Positions 9,342 to 18,494 of a stretch of 32,000 nucleotides of DNA are shown here, one piece after another (the first letter of the stretch is position 1; each line of letters begins with the position of its first letter). The stretch is from Geopsychrobacteraceae bacterium. GTDB taxonomy: Bacteria > Desulfobacterota > Desulfuromonadia > Desulfuromonadales > Geopsychrobacteraceae. A program made the translations under genes and the position numbers. The notes below the pieces were generated by a model, which saw nothing but the letters and a program-made list of their open reading frames with translations, had not been told where the DNA came from and ran no database searches. The stretch spans positions 2,701,138-2,733,137 of the forward strand of contig OY781919.1 in assembly GCA_963677215.1 (NCBI GenBank). Reading direction: 5' to 3'.

Positions 9342-10684
9342 AAGCCAGACTACCCCTCATTGTCATTATTCTGATTGCACTGTTCGGCTTGACCGGAGCC
9401 AAGGTCGTTGCGCTCTGGCCACAGCAGGACCACGTTCTTCTGGAGCATGGTTTACCCCGCACCGATGCCCCGGATTTTTCTCCCTTGGAAGAGGATGCCT
9501 CTCGTCAAAATGCACTGATGGCTCGTCTTGATGGGCGTCTCAAGGAGAATCCTGAAGATTATGAGGCCAGCCTGCTTCGCGGTCTGCTGCTGTTTCAGCG
9601 TGGCGAGCTTGAGTCGGCGATTGCCGAACTGCGCAGCCTGGTTACGCGGGCTCCTAAATTTCAGCTGGCCCATCTGGTGCTTGGTGATCTGCTCAGTGCT
9701 CGCTTTGACCAGGTTGACTCTTTGGGGATCCGGGCTCTGGCCGGCGAGCTTGACGGTCAGCAGGAACAGCGCATTGAGCAGTTGCAGAACGAAGCGCGGG
9801 CGAGAATTCAGGGCTACCTGGCATTGGTCGAGGGGGTCGAGGTGCCGAAGGCTTTGACCAGCCTGAGCTCATCCGTTGCCTATGCGCTGATTGTCGACAA
9901 GAGCAAAAATCGGCTCTATGTCTACCGCAATGCAGGCCCCGGCCTGCCGCCTGAACTGGTTGACGATTTCTACATCGTGTTAGGTAAAAAACCGGGGAAC
10001 AAGCAGCAGGAGGGGGACCTGAAAACCCCCGATGGCGTCTATCATGTCACCTCCTATCTGCCGGATGCAAAGTTGCCGCCTCTCTACGGCAGCGGTGCTT
10101 TTCCGACCAATTATCCCAATGCCTTTGATCGTCGCCAGAATAAGAGTGGCAGTGGTATCTGGCTGCATGGAACTGAAAAGTCGCTCTATAGCAGACCGCC
10201 ACTCGACAGTGAGGGGTGTGTTGTTCTGACCAACGAGGAGTTCTTGCGCATCATCCCCTACGTTCAGGTTGGCAAAACCCCGGTAATCATCTCGGAGAAG
10301 GTTGTCTGGATCTCCAGTAGTGAATGGTTGCGACAGAATATTGAAATTCAGGCGGTTCTGGAAGCCTGGCGTCAGAGTTGGGAAGAGGCCGATACTGATG
10401 TCTATCTGGATAAATATGCCAGGGACTTCTGGTCCGGTCGTTACGATCGTGAAAGCTGGTCGCACTATAAAAAGCAGGTTTTTTCAGGCAAGACCTATCA
10501 GAAGATCGCTCTGAATGATGTTTCCATTCTGAGTTATCCGGCCAGCGAGCTCTATCCCGAGATGAAACTGGTCAGTTTTGTTCAGAATTACCAGTCGAAC
10601 AATTTCAGCGGGACAGTTGCCAAGCAGCTTTATCTGGTCAAACGGGGCTCAGACTGGAAAATTCTTTATGAGGGGAATCCCTGA
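9338..10684 (+). CDS. Periplasmic/anchored YkuD-domain protein (L,D-transpeptidase / YafK-like) with N-terminal TPR-like region and C-terminal ~110-aa accessory domain
   Basis: TTG start at 9338 overlaps the upstream TGA by 4 nt (TTGA), and a GAGGTGA RBS lies at 9327-9333. Signal-anchor 'MKARLPLIVIILIALFGLTGA'. YkuD motifs 'LIVDKSKNRLYVY', 'GDLKTPDGVY', 'IWLHGT' (His277) and 'SEGCVVL' (Cys294). Confidence 0.85.
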   Translation: MKARLPLIVIILIALFGLTGAKVVALWPQQDHVLLEHGLPRTDAPDFSPLEEDASRQNALMARLDGRLKENPEDYEASLLRGLLLFQRGELESAIAELRSLVTRAPKFQLAHLVLGDLLSARFDQVDSLGIRALAGELDGQQEQRIEQLQNEARARIQGYLALVEGVEVPKALTSLSSSVAYALIVDKSKNRLYVYRNAGPGLPPELVDDFYIVLGKKPGNKQQEGDLKTPDGVYHVTSYLPDAKLPPLYGSGAFPTNYPNAFDRRQNKSGSGIWLHGTEKSLYSRPPLDSEGCVVLTNEEFLRIIPYVQVGKTPVIISEKVVWISSSEWLRQNIEIQAVLEAWRQSWEEADTDVYLDKYARDFWSGRYDRESWSHYKKQVFSGKTYQKIALNDVSILSYPASELYPEMKLVSFVQNYQSNNFSGTVAKQLYLVKRGSDWKILYEGNP

Positions 10685-10691
10685 TCCCGGA

Positions 10692-10892
10692 TCATGCCTG
10701 GGTTTCAAGATCCTGAATCAGTTGCTTAAGGTCCCAGCCATGGTATTCAGCGACAACCTCAAGTTTTTCGAAGAGCATTTCGCAGCAGACGCAGCTCCCT
10801 GATTTTTTGTCGTAGGTCTGAAAAACCTCGAGGGTTTCAGGCCAGTCACTGAGAATGTCGAGCAGGGTCATCTGGGCAGTAATCTCGGGCAT
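10692..10892 (-). CDS. Small DUF1858-like protein (hybrid-cluster-protein-associated redox-disulfide-type domain)
   Basis: AGGAGG RBS lies 6 nt upstream of the ATG on the minus strand. The 66-aa protein reads 'MTLLDILSDWPETLEVF...SGSCVCC...LEVVAEYHGWDLKQLIQDL', which follows the DUF1858 pattern as I remember it. Confidence 0.6.
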   Translation of the reverse strand: MPEITAQMTLLDILSDWPETLEVFQTYDKKSGSCVCCEMLFEKLEVVAEYHGWDLKQLIQDLETQA

Positions 10893-11044
10893 CCTTGTCC
10901 TCCTGAAAAAGATTTCATTTTAATCCCGAACCGGCTGTACTCAAGCAACGCTTGGGGCGGCAGTGGCGAGGCGAAAAGCAATTGACAGAATCAACTTAAC
11001 TATGATTCCCTAGACCGCTATTTGCATCAGCTTCGGATATATTT

Positions 11045-12079
11045 ATGCTTTTGGACGAATTCGATTATGACCTGCCGGAAGAACTGATTGCCCAGTTTCC
11101 TGCAGAGCAACGAGATGCTTCACGACTCATGTGCCTGCAGCGTGATACCGGTTTCGTCTCTTGCAGACAGTTTACAGACATTCCCGATTATTTTAAAGAG
11201 GGGGATGTCCTGGTTTTGAATAATACCAGGGTCATTCCGGCGCGCCTGTTGGGCAGCAAGGCAACCGGCGGCAAGGTCGAGATCCTGTTGGTGCGCCAGG
11301 CCGGAGGGGAGTGCACAAGTGACTGGCTGTGTTTGACAAAATCATCGAAGGCTCTGAAACCGGGAACCAGGATTGTGTTTTCGGAAAATTTTGCGGCGCA
11401 GATCCTTGGTGAGGGAGAACCTCCCTACCGCCTGGTTCGTTTTGAATGCAGCGGAGACCTGTTTTCTGAGTTGGAGAGGATTGGCCACCTGCCTCTTCCG
11501 CCCTATATCAAGAGGGACGACAATCTGCAGGATCAGAACCGTTATCAGACGGTTTTTGCCCGGGAGAAGGGTGCTGTTGCTGCTCCGACGGCCGGGTTGC
11601 ATTTTACCGACGCCATTCTTGACCAGATTCGACGGCGCGGTGTCCAGATCTGCTCCCTGACCCTGCATGTCGGACTCGGGACCTTTCTGCCGGTAAGGGT
11701 TGAAAATGTGGCTGAACACAAGATGCACGCGGAGTATTATTCGATCCCGACTGAAACAGCGGATGCGGTCAATATGGCACATCGTAACGGCGGGCGTGTT
11801 TTTGCCCTGGGAACAACCAGTGCCAGGGCGATGGAAACGGCTGCAACGGAAGACCGACAGCTGCATGCCGGTTCCGGTGACAGTGAAATCTTTATCTATC
11901 CCGGCTATGAATTCAAGGTTGTCGATGCTCTGGTGACAAATTTCCATCTGCCGAAATCGACCCTGCTGATGCTGGTCTCGGCCCTGGCTGGAAAAGACAA
12001 TATCATGGCAGCTTATCGTCGCGCTGTTGAAGAGCGGTACCGTTTTTTCAGTTATGGCGATTGCATGCTGATTATATAA
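11045..12079 (+). CDS. queA: S-adenosylmethionine:tRNA ribosyltransferase-isomerase
   Basis: 'FDYDLPEELIAQFP...RDASRLM' N-terminus. 344 aa. Followed by tgt, as in the E. coli queA-tgt-yajC-secDF operon. Confidence 0.94.
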   Translation: MLLDEFDYDLPEELIAQFPAEQRDASRLMCLQRDTGFVSCRQFTDIPDYFKEGDVLVLNNTRVIPARLLGSKATGGKVEILLVRQAGGECTSDWLCLTKSSKALKPGTRIVFSENFAAQILGEGEPPYRLVRFECSGDLFSELERIGHLPLPPYIKRDDNLQDQNRYQTVFAREKGAVAAPTAGLHFTDAILDQIRRRGVQICSLTLHVGLGTFLPVRVENVAEHKMHAEYYSIPTETADAVNMAHRNGGRVFALGTTSARAMETAATEDRQLHAGSGDSEIFIYPGYEFKVVDALVTNFHLPKSTLLMLVSALAGKDNIMAAYRRAVEERYRFFSYGDCMLII

Positions 12080-12092
12080 AAGATGGAAGTGA

Positions 12093-13214
<1,122 letters not shown>

Positions 13215-13224
13215 GATTAATACT

Positions 13225-13246
13225 GTTACGGCACTGATGCCGTGAC
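13225..13246 (+). other. Intercistronic hairpin between tgt and yajC (no U tract)
   Basis: gttacggca (13225-13233) pairs with tgccgtgac (13238-13246): 9 bp with one G-U pair, loop ctga. Confidence 0.4.
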
Positions 13247-13266
13247 CCCTAATGAAGGAGGATGTA

Positions 13267-13575
13267 ATGGCGACAGAAGCGTTTGCAATGGCGGGAGCCG
13301 CTGCTCAGGGAGGAAACCCCTATCAACCGATTATCATGCTGGTGGCGATGTTTGCCATTTTTTATTTCCTGCTTATCAGACCCCAGCAAAAGCGGGCCAA
13401 GCAGCAGCGTGAGATGATGAACAGCCTGCAACCGGGAGAGAGTGTCGTGACCGCCGGTGGCCTGCACGGCAAGATTACCGCTGTTGAAGAGGGGATTGTC
13501 AGTGTCGAAATCGCCAACGGTGTTGTGATCAAGGTCAATCGTGCCTCGATTTCCGAAGTCAAGAGATCCGCATAA
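13267..13575 (+). CDS. yajC: Preprotein translocase subunit YajC
   Basis: GAAGGAGGA RBS precedes ATG 13267; the track start at 13252 lies inside the RBS. 'FYFLLIRPQQKRAKQQREM' and 'GGLHGKI' are present. 102 aa. Confidence 0.9.
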   Translation: MATEAFAMAGAAAQGGNPYQPIIMLVAMFAIFYFLLIRPQQKRAKQQREMMNSLQPGESVVTAGGLHGKITAVEEGIVSVEIANGVVIKVNRASISEVKRSA

Positions 13576-13620
13576 TCGATACCACTCATATATCTCATCG
13601 ATACATTCAGGGAGATCTAG

Positions 13621-15216
13621 ATGTCTAACAGTCTGAAACTCAGGAGTATACTGGTTGTTCTCTGTATTCTTCTGGCCATTTTTGCCATAGCGCCTACTGT
13701 CATGCGCGGCAGCCTGCCGCAATGGTGGACCGATACCGTCGGGCCGATCCAACTGGGTCTCGATCTTCAGGGGGGGATGCACCTGGTTCTTGGCGTTGAT
13801 GCCGACAAAGCTGTTGAGAGCCGGATCGACACGGTCATTGACCAGCTCGAAAACGATCTGCGTGAAAAGGATATCATCTTCAAGCGGATCGAACGTCAGG
13901 GGGACCGTCTTGCCGTTATCGTCTATGACGATCAGGAAGGTGCCAAGATTGATGCCCTGATGGCCGATCAGTTTCCTAGTCTGGAAGGGGAAACCCTGAC
14001 CGGTACTGGTGGATATGTTGAAAAACACTATCGTCTGAGCGACAACGAGATCGAAAATATCAAGGACTATGCCGTTCGCCAGGCGCTTGAAACCATGCGC
14101 AACCGGGTCGATCAGTTCGGCGTCAGTGAGCCGACTCTGCAGCGTCAAAGCGGTAACCGCATCCTGATCCAGCTTCCTGGTGTCGAGGATCCTGAGCGTG
14201 CCATCGCACTGCTCGGCAAGACTGCGCGCCTTGAATTCAAGATGGTCGATGAGACCGCCAATCTGCAGGACGCCGTTGCCGGCAATCTCAAACCGGGAAC
14301 CCAGCTGCTCTATGAGCGTAATGTCAACAAGGCGACCGGCGGAGTCACCGAGACCCCTCTGGTAGTTTTTGACAAGACCGCACTGACCGGTGATCTGCTT
14401 GCCGATGCCAATGTGCGTATCGATACCCGCTTCAACGAGCCCTATGTCGCTATCGATTTCAATGCCGTTGGAGCCAAGCGCTTCGATCAGATTACTGCCG
14501 CAAATGTCGGTAAGCGGATGGCCATTGTCCTGGACGACACCGTCTACTCGGCACCAGTTATTCGTGAGCGGATCTCCGGCGGCAGTGCTCAGATTTCAGG
14601 TTCCTTTACCTCGCAGGAAGCGACCGACCTGGCGATTGTCCTGCGTGCCGGTTCTTTGCCTGCGCCGGTCAAGATTCTTGAAAACCGCACCGTCGGACCG
14701 TCCCTTGGACAGGATTCGATCGACCGCGGCATCAAGTCGATCTGGGTCGGAGGTCTCCTGGTCATTCTGGCTATTCTCGTCTATTATCAGCTGTCCGGCG
14801 TCGTTGCCGTTGTCGCCCTGGTTCTCAATATCGTCTTTATTACGGCGCTTCTGTCTCTCTTTGGTGCGACCCTGACCCTTCCGGGTCTGGCCGGTATCGT
14901 TCTGACCGTCGGTATGGCTGTTGATGCCAACGTACTGATCTTTGAGCGGGTTCGTGAAGAATTGCGCCTTGGTCGGGCACCGAAGCTGGCCCTTGATTCA
15001 GGTTACAGCAAAGCGTTCTTGACCATTATCGATGCCAATATAACCACCCTGATCGCCGCTCTGGTTCTTTTTCAGTTCGGAACCGGCCCGGTCCGCGGTT
15101 TTGCCGTCACTCTGTCGATCGGTATTATTGCGTCGCTGTTTACCGCTATCTTTGTCTCTCGTGTAATTTTTGATCTGTTCTTGACTGGCCGCGACATCAA
15201 GCGGCTGAGTATATAA
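13621..15216 (+). CDS. secD: Protein translocase subunit SecD
   Basis: 531 aa with 'LGLDLQGGMHLVL', 'VGPSLG' and C-terminal RND-like TM helices. Confidence 0.95.
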   Translation: MSNSLKLRSILVVLCILLAIFAIAPTVMRGSLPQWWTDTVGPIQLGLDLQGGMHLVLGVDADKAVESRIDTVIDQLENDLREKDIIFKRIERQGDRLAVIVYDDQEGAKIDALMADQFPSLEGETLTGTGGYVEKHYRLSDNEIENIKDYAVRQALETMRNRVDQFGVSEPTLQRQSGNRILIQLPGVEDPERAIALLGKTARLEFKMVDETANLQDAVAGNLKPGTQLLYERNVNKATGGVTETPLVVFDKTALTGDLLADANVRIDTRFNEPYVAIDFNAVGAKRFDQITAANVGKRMAIVLDDTVYSAPVIRERISGGSAQISGSFTSQEATDLAIVLRAGSLPAPVKILENRTVGPSLGQDSIDRGIKSIWVGGLLVILAILVYYQLSGVVAVVALVLNIVFITALLSLFGATLTLPGLAGIVLTVGMAVDANVLIFERVREELRLGRAPKLALDSGYSKAFLTIIDANITTLIAALVLFQFGTGPVRGFAVTLSIGIIASLFTAIFVSRVIFDLFLTGRDIKRLSI

Positions 15217-15231
15217 GGAGGCTGAGCGGAA

Positions 15232-16146
15232 ATGCAGCTGATCAAACCAGATGTCAATTTCGATTTTGTTGGCAAGCGTAAAGCCGCCATCATACTTTCC
15301 GTGGTCCTGATTCTGATCGGGATCGTCTCTCTCATTGTCAAGGGCGGTCCAGATTACGGTGTCGATTTCGCCGGCGGTACCCTGATCCAGGTCAAGTTTG
15401 AGCAGGCGACAGCGCCGGCTGAAATCAAGCAGGCGATTGCCGATCTCAACCTCGGCAGTCCGGTGGTCCAGACCTTTGGCGAGAGCCAGAGCGAATACCT
15501 GATTCGTGTTGAACAGACCACCGCCGAGCTTGAAGGCCTGGCTCAGAAGGTTCAGGCTGACCTGGAAAAAACCTTTGGAACCGGCAAGGTCGATATCCGC
15601 CGGGTCGAAATGGTCGGTCCGCAGGTCGGTAAGGATCTCCGCAGCAAGGGGTTGCAGGCGATCCTCTATGCCATGATCGGGATCCTGATCTACATCTCCT
15701 GGCGTTTTGAATTCCGATTCGCCATCGGAGCGATTGTCGCCCTGGTGCATGACGTGCTGATCACCCTCGGCATGTTCAGTGTCTTTGGCAAGGAGATCGA
15801 TCTGCCGATCATCGCGGCGTTCCTGGCGATTATCGGCTACTCGCTGAACGATACCATCATTGTCTATGACCGGATTCGCGAGAATATGGCCAAGCACAAC
15901 AAGGAGAGCTTCTCGTTCATCGTCAACCGCAGTGTCAACGAGACCCTGTCCCGAACCTTGCTGACCTCCGGTACGACCTTGCTGGTTGTCCTGGCCCTGT
16001 TTATACTTGGGGGTGGGGTCATTCACAACTTTGCTTTTGCGATGCTGGTCGGGGTCATCGTCGGTACCTACTCCTCGATCTTTGTTGCCAGCCCGCTCCT
16101 GATCTTCTGGCAGCAGAAAAAAGCGAAGAAGGTCACTGCGTCCTGA
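15232..16146 (+). CDS. secF: Protein translocase subunit SecF
   Basis: AAGGAGG RBS. 304 aa with 'YGVDFAGGT' and a six-TM pattern. Confidence 0.95.
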   Translation: MQLIKPDVNFDFVGKRKAAIILSVVLILIGIVSLIVKGGPDYGVDFAGGTLIQVKFEQATAPAEIKQAIADLNLGSPVVQTFGESQSEYLIRVEQTTAELEGLAQKVQADLEKTFGTGKVDIRRVEMVGPQVGKDLRSKGLQAILYAMIGILIYISWRFEFRFAIGAIVALVHDVLITLGMFSVFGKEIDLPIIAAFLAIIGYSLNDTIIVYDRIRENMAKHNKESFSFIVNRSVNETLSRTLLTSGTTLLVVLALFILGGGVIHNFAFAMLVGVIVGTYSSIFVASPLLIFWQQKKAKKVTAS

Positions 16147-16159
16147 TAAGGGAGCTGTC

Positions 16160-16735
16160 ATGAAAAAAGAAACGGTTCTGCTGGTTGTCGTCGTCCTGAT
16201 CGCCGGAATTCTGATCGGTGTGATCGTTTCGAACATGCATAAAGATAAAGGGCGGCCGTCGCCGGCTCCGGGTAGTACGCCGGCGGCGATTGTCGATCAT
16301 CAGCAACGGATCACTACGCTTGAAGAGATCGTTGCCAAGGAACCGAAGAACCGCAATGCCTGGGTTCAGCTTGGTCACAACTTCTTCGATTCCGACCAGC
16401 CGATGAAGGCGATCGATGCCTATGACAAGGCCCTGGCGCTTGACGGCAGGGACCCGGATGTCCTGACCGATCAGGGGATCATGTTTCGCCGGGTCGGCTG
16501 GTATGATCGGGCGATCGCCAACTTCATCAAGGCTAATGAGGTCAGCCCCGGCCATCAGCAAAGTCTGTACAATCTGGGGATCGTCTACAGATATGATCTC
16601 AAGGATTTTGCCAAAGCGGCACAGGCCTGGGAGCGCCTGCTTGAGCTCGACCCGAACGGCCCCAATGCATCACAGCTTAAGGCCGAAGTTGAATTCCTCA
16701 AGACTCATGCGCAACTGGCCCAACCCCAACAATGA
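16160..16735 (+). CDS. Single-pass membrane-anchored TPR-repeat protein, last gene of the secDF operon
   Basis: AAGGGAG RBS, 13 nt after the secF stop. TM helix 'TVLLVVVVLIAGILIGVIVS', then TPR-like repeats ('AWVQLGHNFFDSDQPMKAIDAYDKALALD', 'SLYNLGIVYRYDLKDFAKAAQAWERLLELDP'). 191 aa. Confidence 0.8.
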   Translation: MKKETVLLVVVVLIAGILIGVIVSNMHKDKGRPSPAPGSTPAAIVDHQQRITTLEEIVAKEPKNRNAWVQLGHNFFDSDQPMKAIDAYDKALALDGRDPDVLTDQGIMFRRVGWYDRAIANFIKANEVSPGHQQSLYNLGIVYRYDLKDFAKAAQAWERLLELDPNGPNASQLKAEVEFLKTHAQLAQPQQ

Positions 16736-16738
16736 GAT

Positions 16739-16768
16739 GAAGCCGGGCTTTGCCCCGGCTTTTTTTCT
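16739..16768 (+). terminator. Rho-independent terminator after the TPR gene
   Basis: gaagccggg (16739-16747) pairs with cccggcttt (16754-16762) around loop ctttgc, followed by a T run to about 16767. Confidence 0.8.
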
Positions 16769-16779
16769 TGGATGAAAAG

Positions 16780-18489
16780 ATGCAGCCTATCTCCCACAGA
16801 CGCTGGCAATTGCGCCAGACTGAACCAAGACCAGAACTGGTCAACGAACTGGCCACGCGCCTGCGGATCAATCCTCTGACGGCGCAGATTATGGCGTTAC
16901 GCGGGATCTGCGATGCGGACAGCGGCGAAGAGTTCCTGCACGCTAACCTGAGCCGTCTGCCCGATCCCGATCTGCTGCCTGACATGAACATTGCCTGTCA
17001 GCGGATTGAACAGGCCTTATCACGCGGTGAGCGGATCGCTATTCATGGCGATTATGACGTCGATGGCATTACTGGCTGCTCTCTGCTGGTCGAGGTGCTG
17101 CGCAAGCTTGGCGCAGATGTCGATTATCATATTCCGTTACGTCTGGTCGATGGCTACGGTCTTTCGGCCGAGGCTCTGCGTCAGGCCGCTAAACATGGCT
17201 GCAGCCTGGCCATTTCGGTTGACTGTGGGGTCAGTGCCGTGGCTGAAGCAGAATTGGCGGCCGAGCTTGGTCTCGATCTGATCATCACCGATCACCATCA
17301 GCCGCCGGAGCTTCTGCCCCGGTGTCTGGCCCTGATCAATCCGCATCTGCCGGGCTGTCGTTTCCCCTGGCGGGATCTCTCCGGAGTTGGCGTCGCCTTC
17401 TTCCTGCTTGCAGGACTGCGTCGCCGGTTGCGGGAAAGCGGTTATTTTCATAATCGCTCAGAACCGGACCTGCGTCAGAGCCTTGATCTGGTCGCACTCG
17501 GAACAATTGCCGATATCGTTCCTTTGGGCGGGGTGAATCGGATTCTGACCCGCAGCGGCCTGCAACTGATGGAACGGGACAGTCGACCGGGGATCAGTGC
17601 CCTCAAGCAGGTAGCCGATGTCAAACAGGTGACCAGCGGGGTGGTCGGTTTCAGATTGGCACCGCGTCTGAACGCCGCAGGCCGCCTGGAAGATGCCGCT
17701 CTGGGGGTGCAGCTGCTGCTCAACGAGGAAGAGGATCTATCCGGACTCGCGAGTCTGCTCGACGGCTTCAACCGTGAACGCCAGCAGCTTGAGCAGAAGA
17801 CCTTGCAGGAAGCCTGTCGCAAGGTTGAAGAAGAAATTTCCGATGACAGCTTCAGCATCGTTCTGGCCGGCGAAGACTGGCACCCTGGTGTCATCGGTAT
17901 TGTCGCCAGCCGCCTGGTGGAGCGCTACCATCGTCCGGTTGTCATGCTTGCCGTCGATGGTGATCAGGTTAAAGGGTCGGCCCGTTCGATCAAGGGGTTC
18001 CATCTGCATCGTGGTCTGCAAGAGTGCGCCGGGCAGCTCAGCGCGTTTGGCGGTCATGAGATGGCGGCCGGCATGGCGCTGAAAAAAGGCAACATCGACA
18101 TGTTCAGAAACAGCTTCGAGCTGGCCTGTCGCAGTCAGCTGCAGGCGGATGACCTGGTTCCGGTTGTGCTTCATGATGGCGAGGTCGAGCTTGAGCAGAT
18201 CACCCGGGAATGGCTTGCTGAACTTGAGCTTCTCAACCCCTGTGGAGCGGGAAATCCCCAGCCTGCTTTTCTAAGCGTCCGCTGCCGGGTTCTTGATGCA
18301 CGTATTTTAGCTGAGAAGCATCTCAAGTTCAGTGTCGAACAAGAGGGCGCACGGGTTGATTGCATTGCCTTTGGCATGGCTGAACGCTATGCAGAACTGT
18401 CAGGCTGCGTAGATTTGTTATATCGTCCCGGCCTGAACACCTGGCGCGGAACAACATCAATTCAGCTACAGGTCACAGATTTTCATTGA
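16780..18489 (+). CDS. recJ: Single-stranded-DNA-specific exonuclease RecJ
   Basis: ATG 16780; the longer track ORF from 16750 would start inside the terminator. DHH-family motifs 'IAIHGDYDVDGITG' and 'IITDHHQP', plus DHHA1 'GGHEMAAG'. 569 aa. Confidence 0.93.
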   Translation: MQPISHRRWQLRQTEPRPELVNELATRLRINPLTAQIMALRGICDADSGEEFLHANLSRLPDPDLLPDMNIACQRIEQALSRGERIAIHGDYDVDGITGCSLLVEVLRKLGADVDYHIPLRLVDGYGLSAEALRQAAKHGCSLAISVDCGVSAVAEAELAAELGLDLIITDHHQPPELLPRCLALINPHLPGCRFPWRDLSGVGVAFFLLAGLRRRLRESGYFHNRSEPDLRQSLDLVALGTIADIVPLGGVNRILTRSGLQLMERDSRPGISALKQVADVKQVTSGVVGFRLAPRLNAAGRLEDAALGVQLLLNEEEDLSGLASLLDGFNRERQQLEQKTLQEACRKVEEEISDDSFSIVLAGEDWHPGVIGIVASRLVERYHRPVVMLAVDGDQVKGSARSIKGFHLHRGLQECAGQLSAFGGHEMAAGMALKKGNIDMFRNSFELACRSQLQADDLVPVVLHDGEVELEQITREWLAELELLNPCGAGNPQPAFLSVRCRVLDARILAEKHLKFSVEQEGARVDCIAFGMAERYAELSGCVDLLYRPGLNTWRGTTSIQLQVTDFH

Positions 18490-18494
18490 TTGGT

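Noticed and set aside
10893-11044. Possible preQ1 riboswitch upstream of queA
   Set aside because: I looked for the short P1 hairpin plus the A-rich ACUA tail and found only 'aacttaacta...ccctaga' fragments, with no convincing stem or tail. TTGACA at 10982 has no properly spaced -10 hexamer (TATGAT lies only 13 nt downstream).
14998-16236. 412-aa ORF antisense to the secD/secF junction; likewise 12123-13061 (-), 13249-14148 (-), 19828-20682 (+), 23254-24168 (-), 20845-21471 (-), 21914-22603 (-), 6171-6818 (-), 8265-8948 (-), 4303-5019 (-), 2343-3074 (-)
   Set aside because: All lie opposite confidently identified conserved genes. All lack RBS and known motifs and have skewed composition. I treat them as shadow ORFs.
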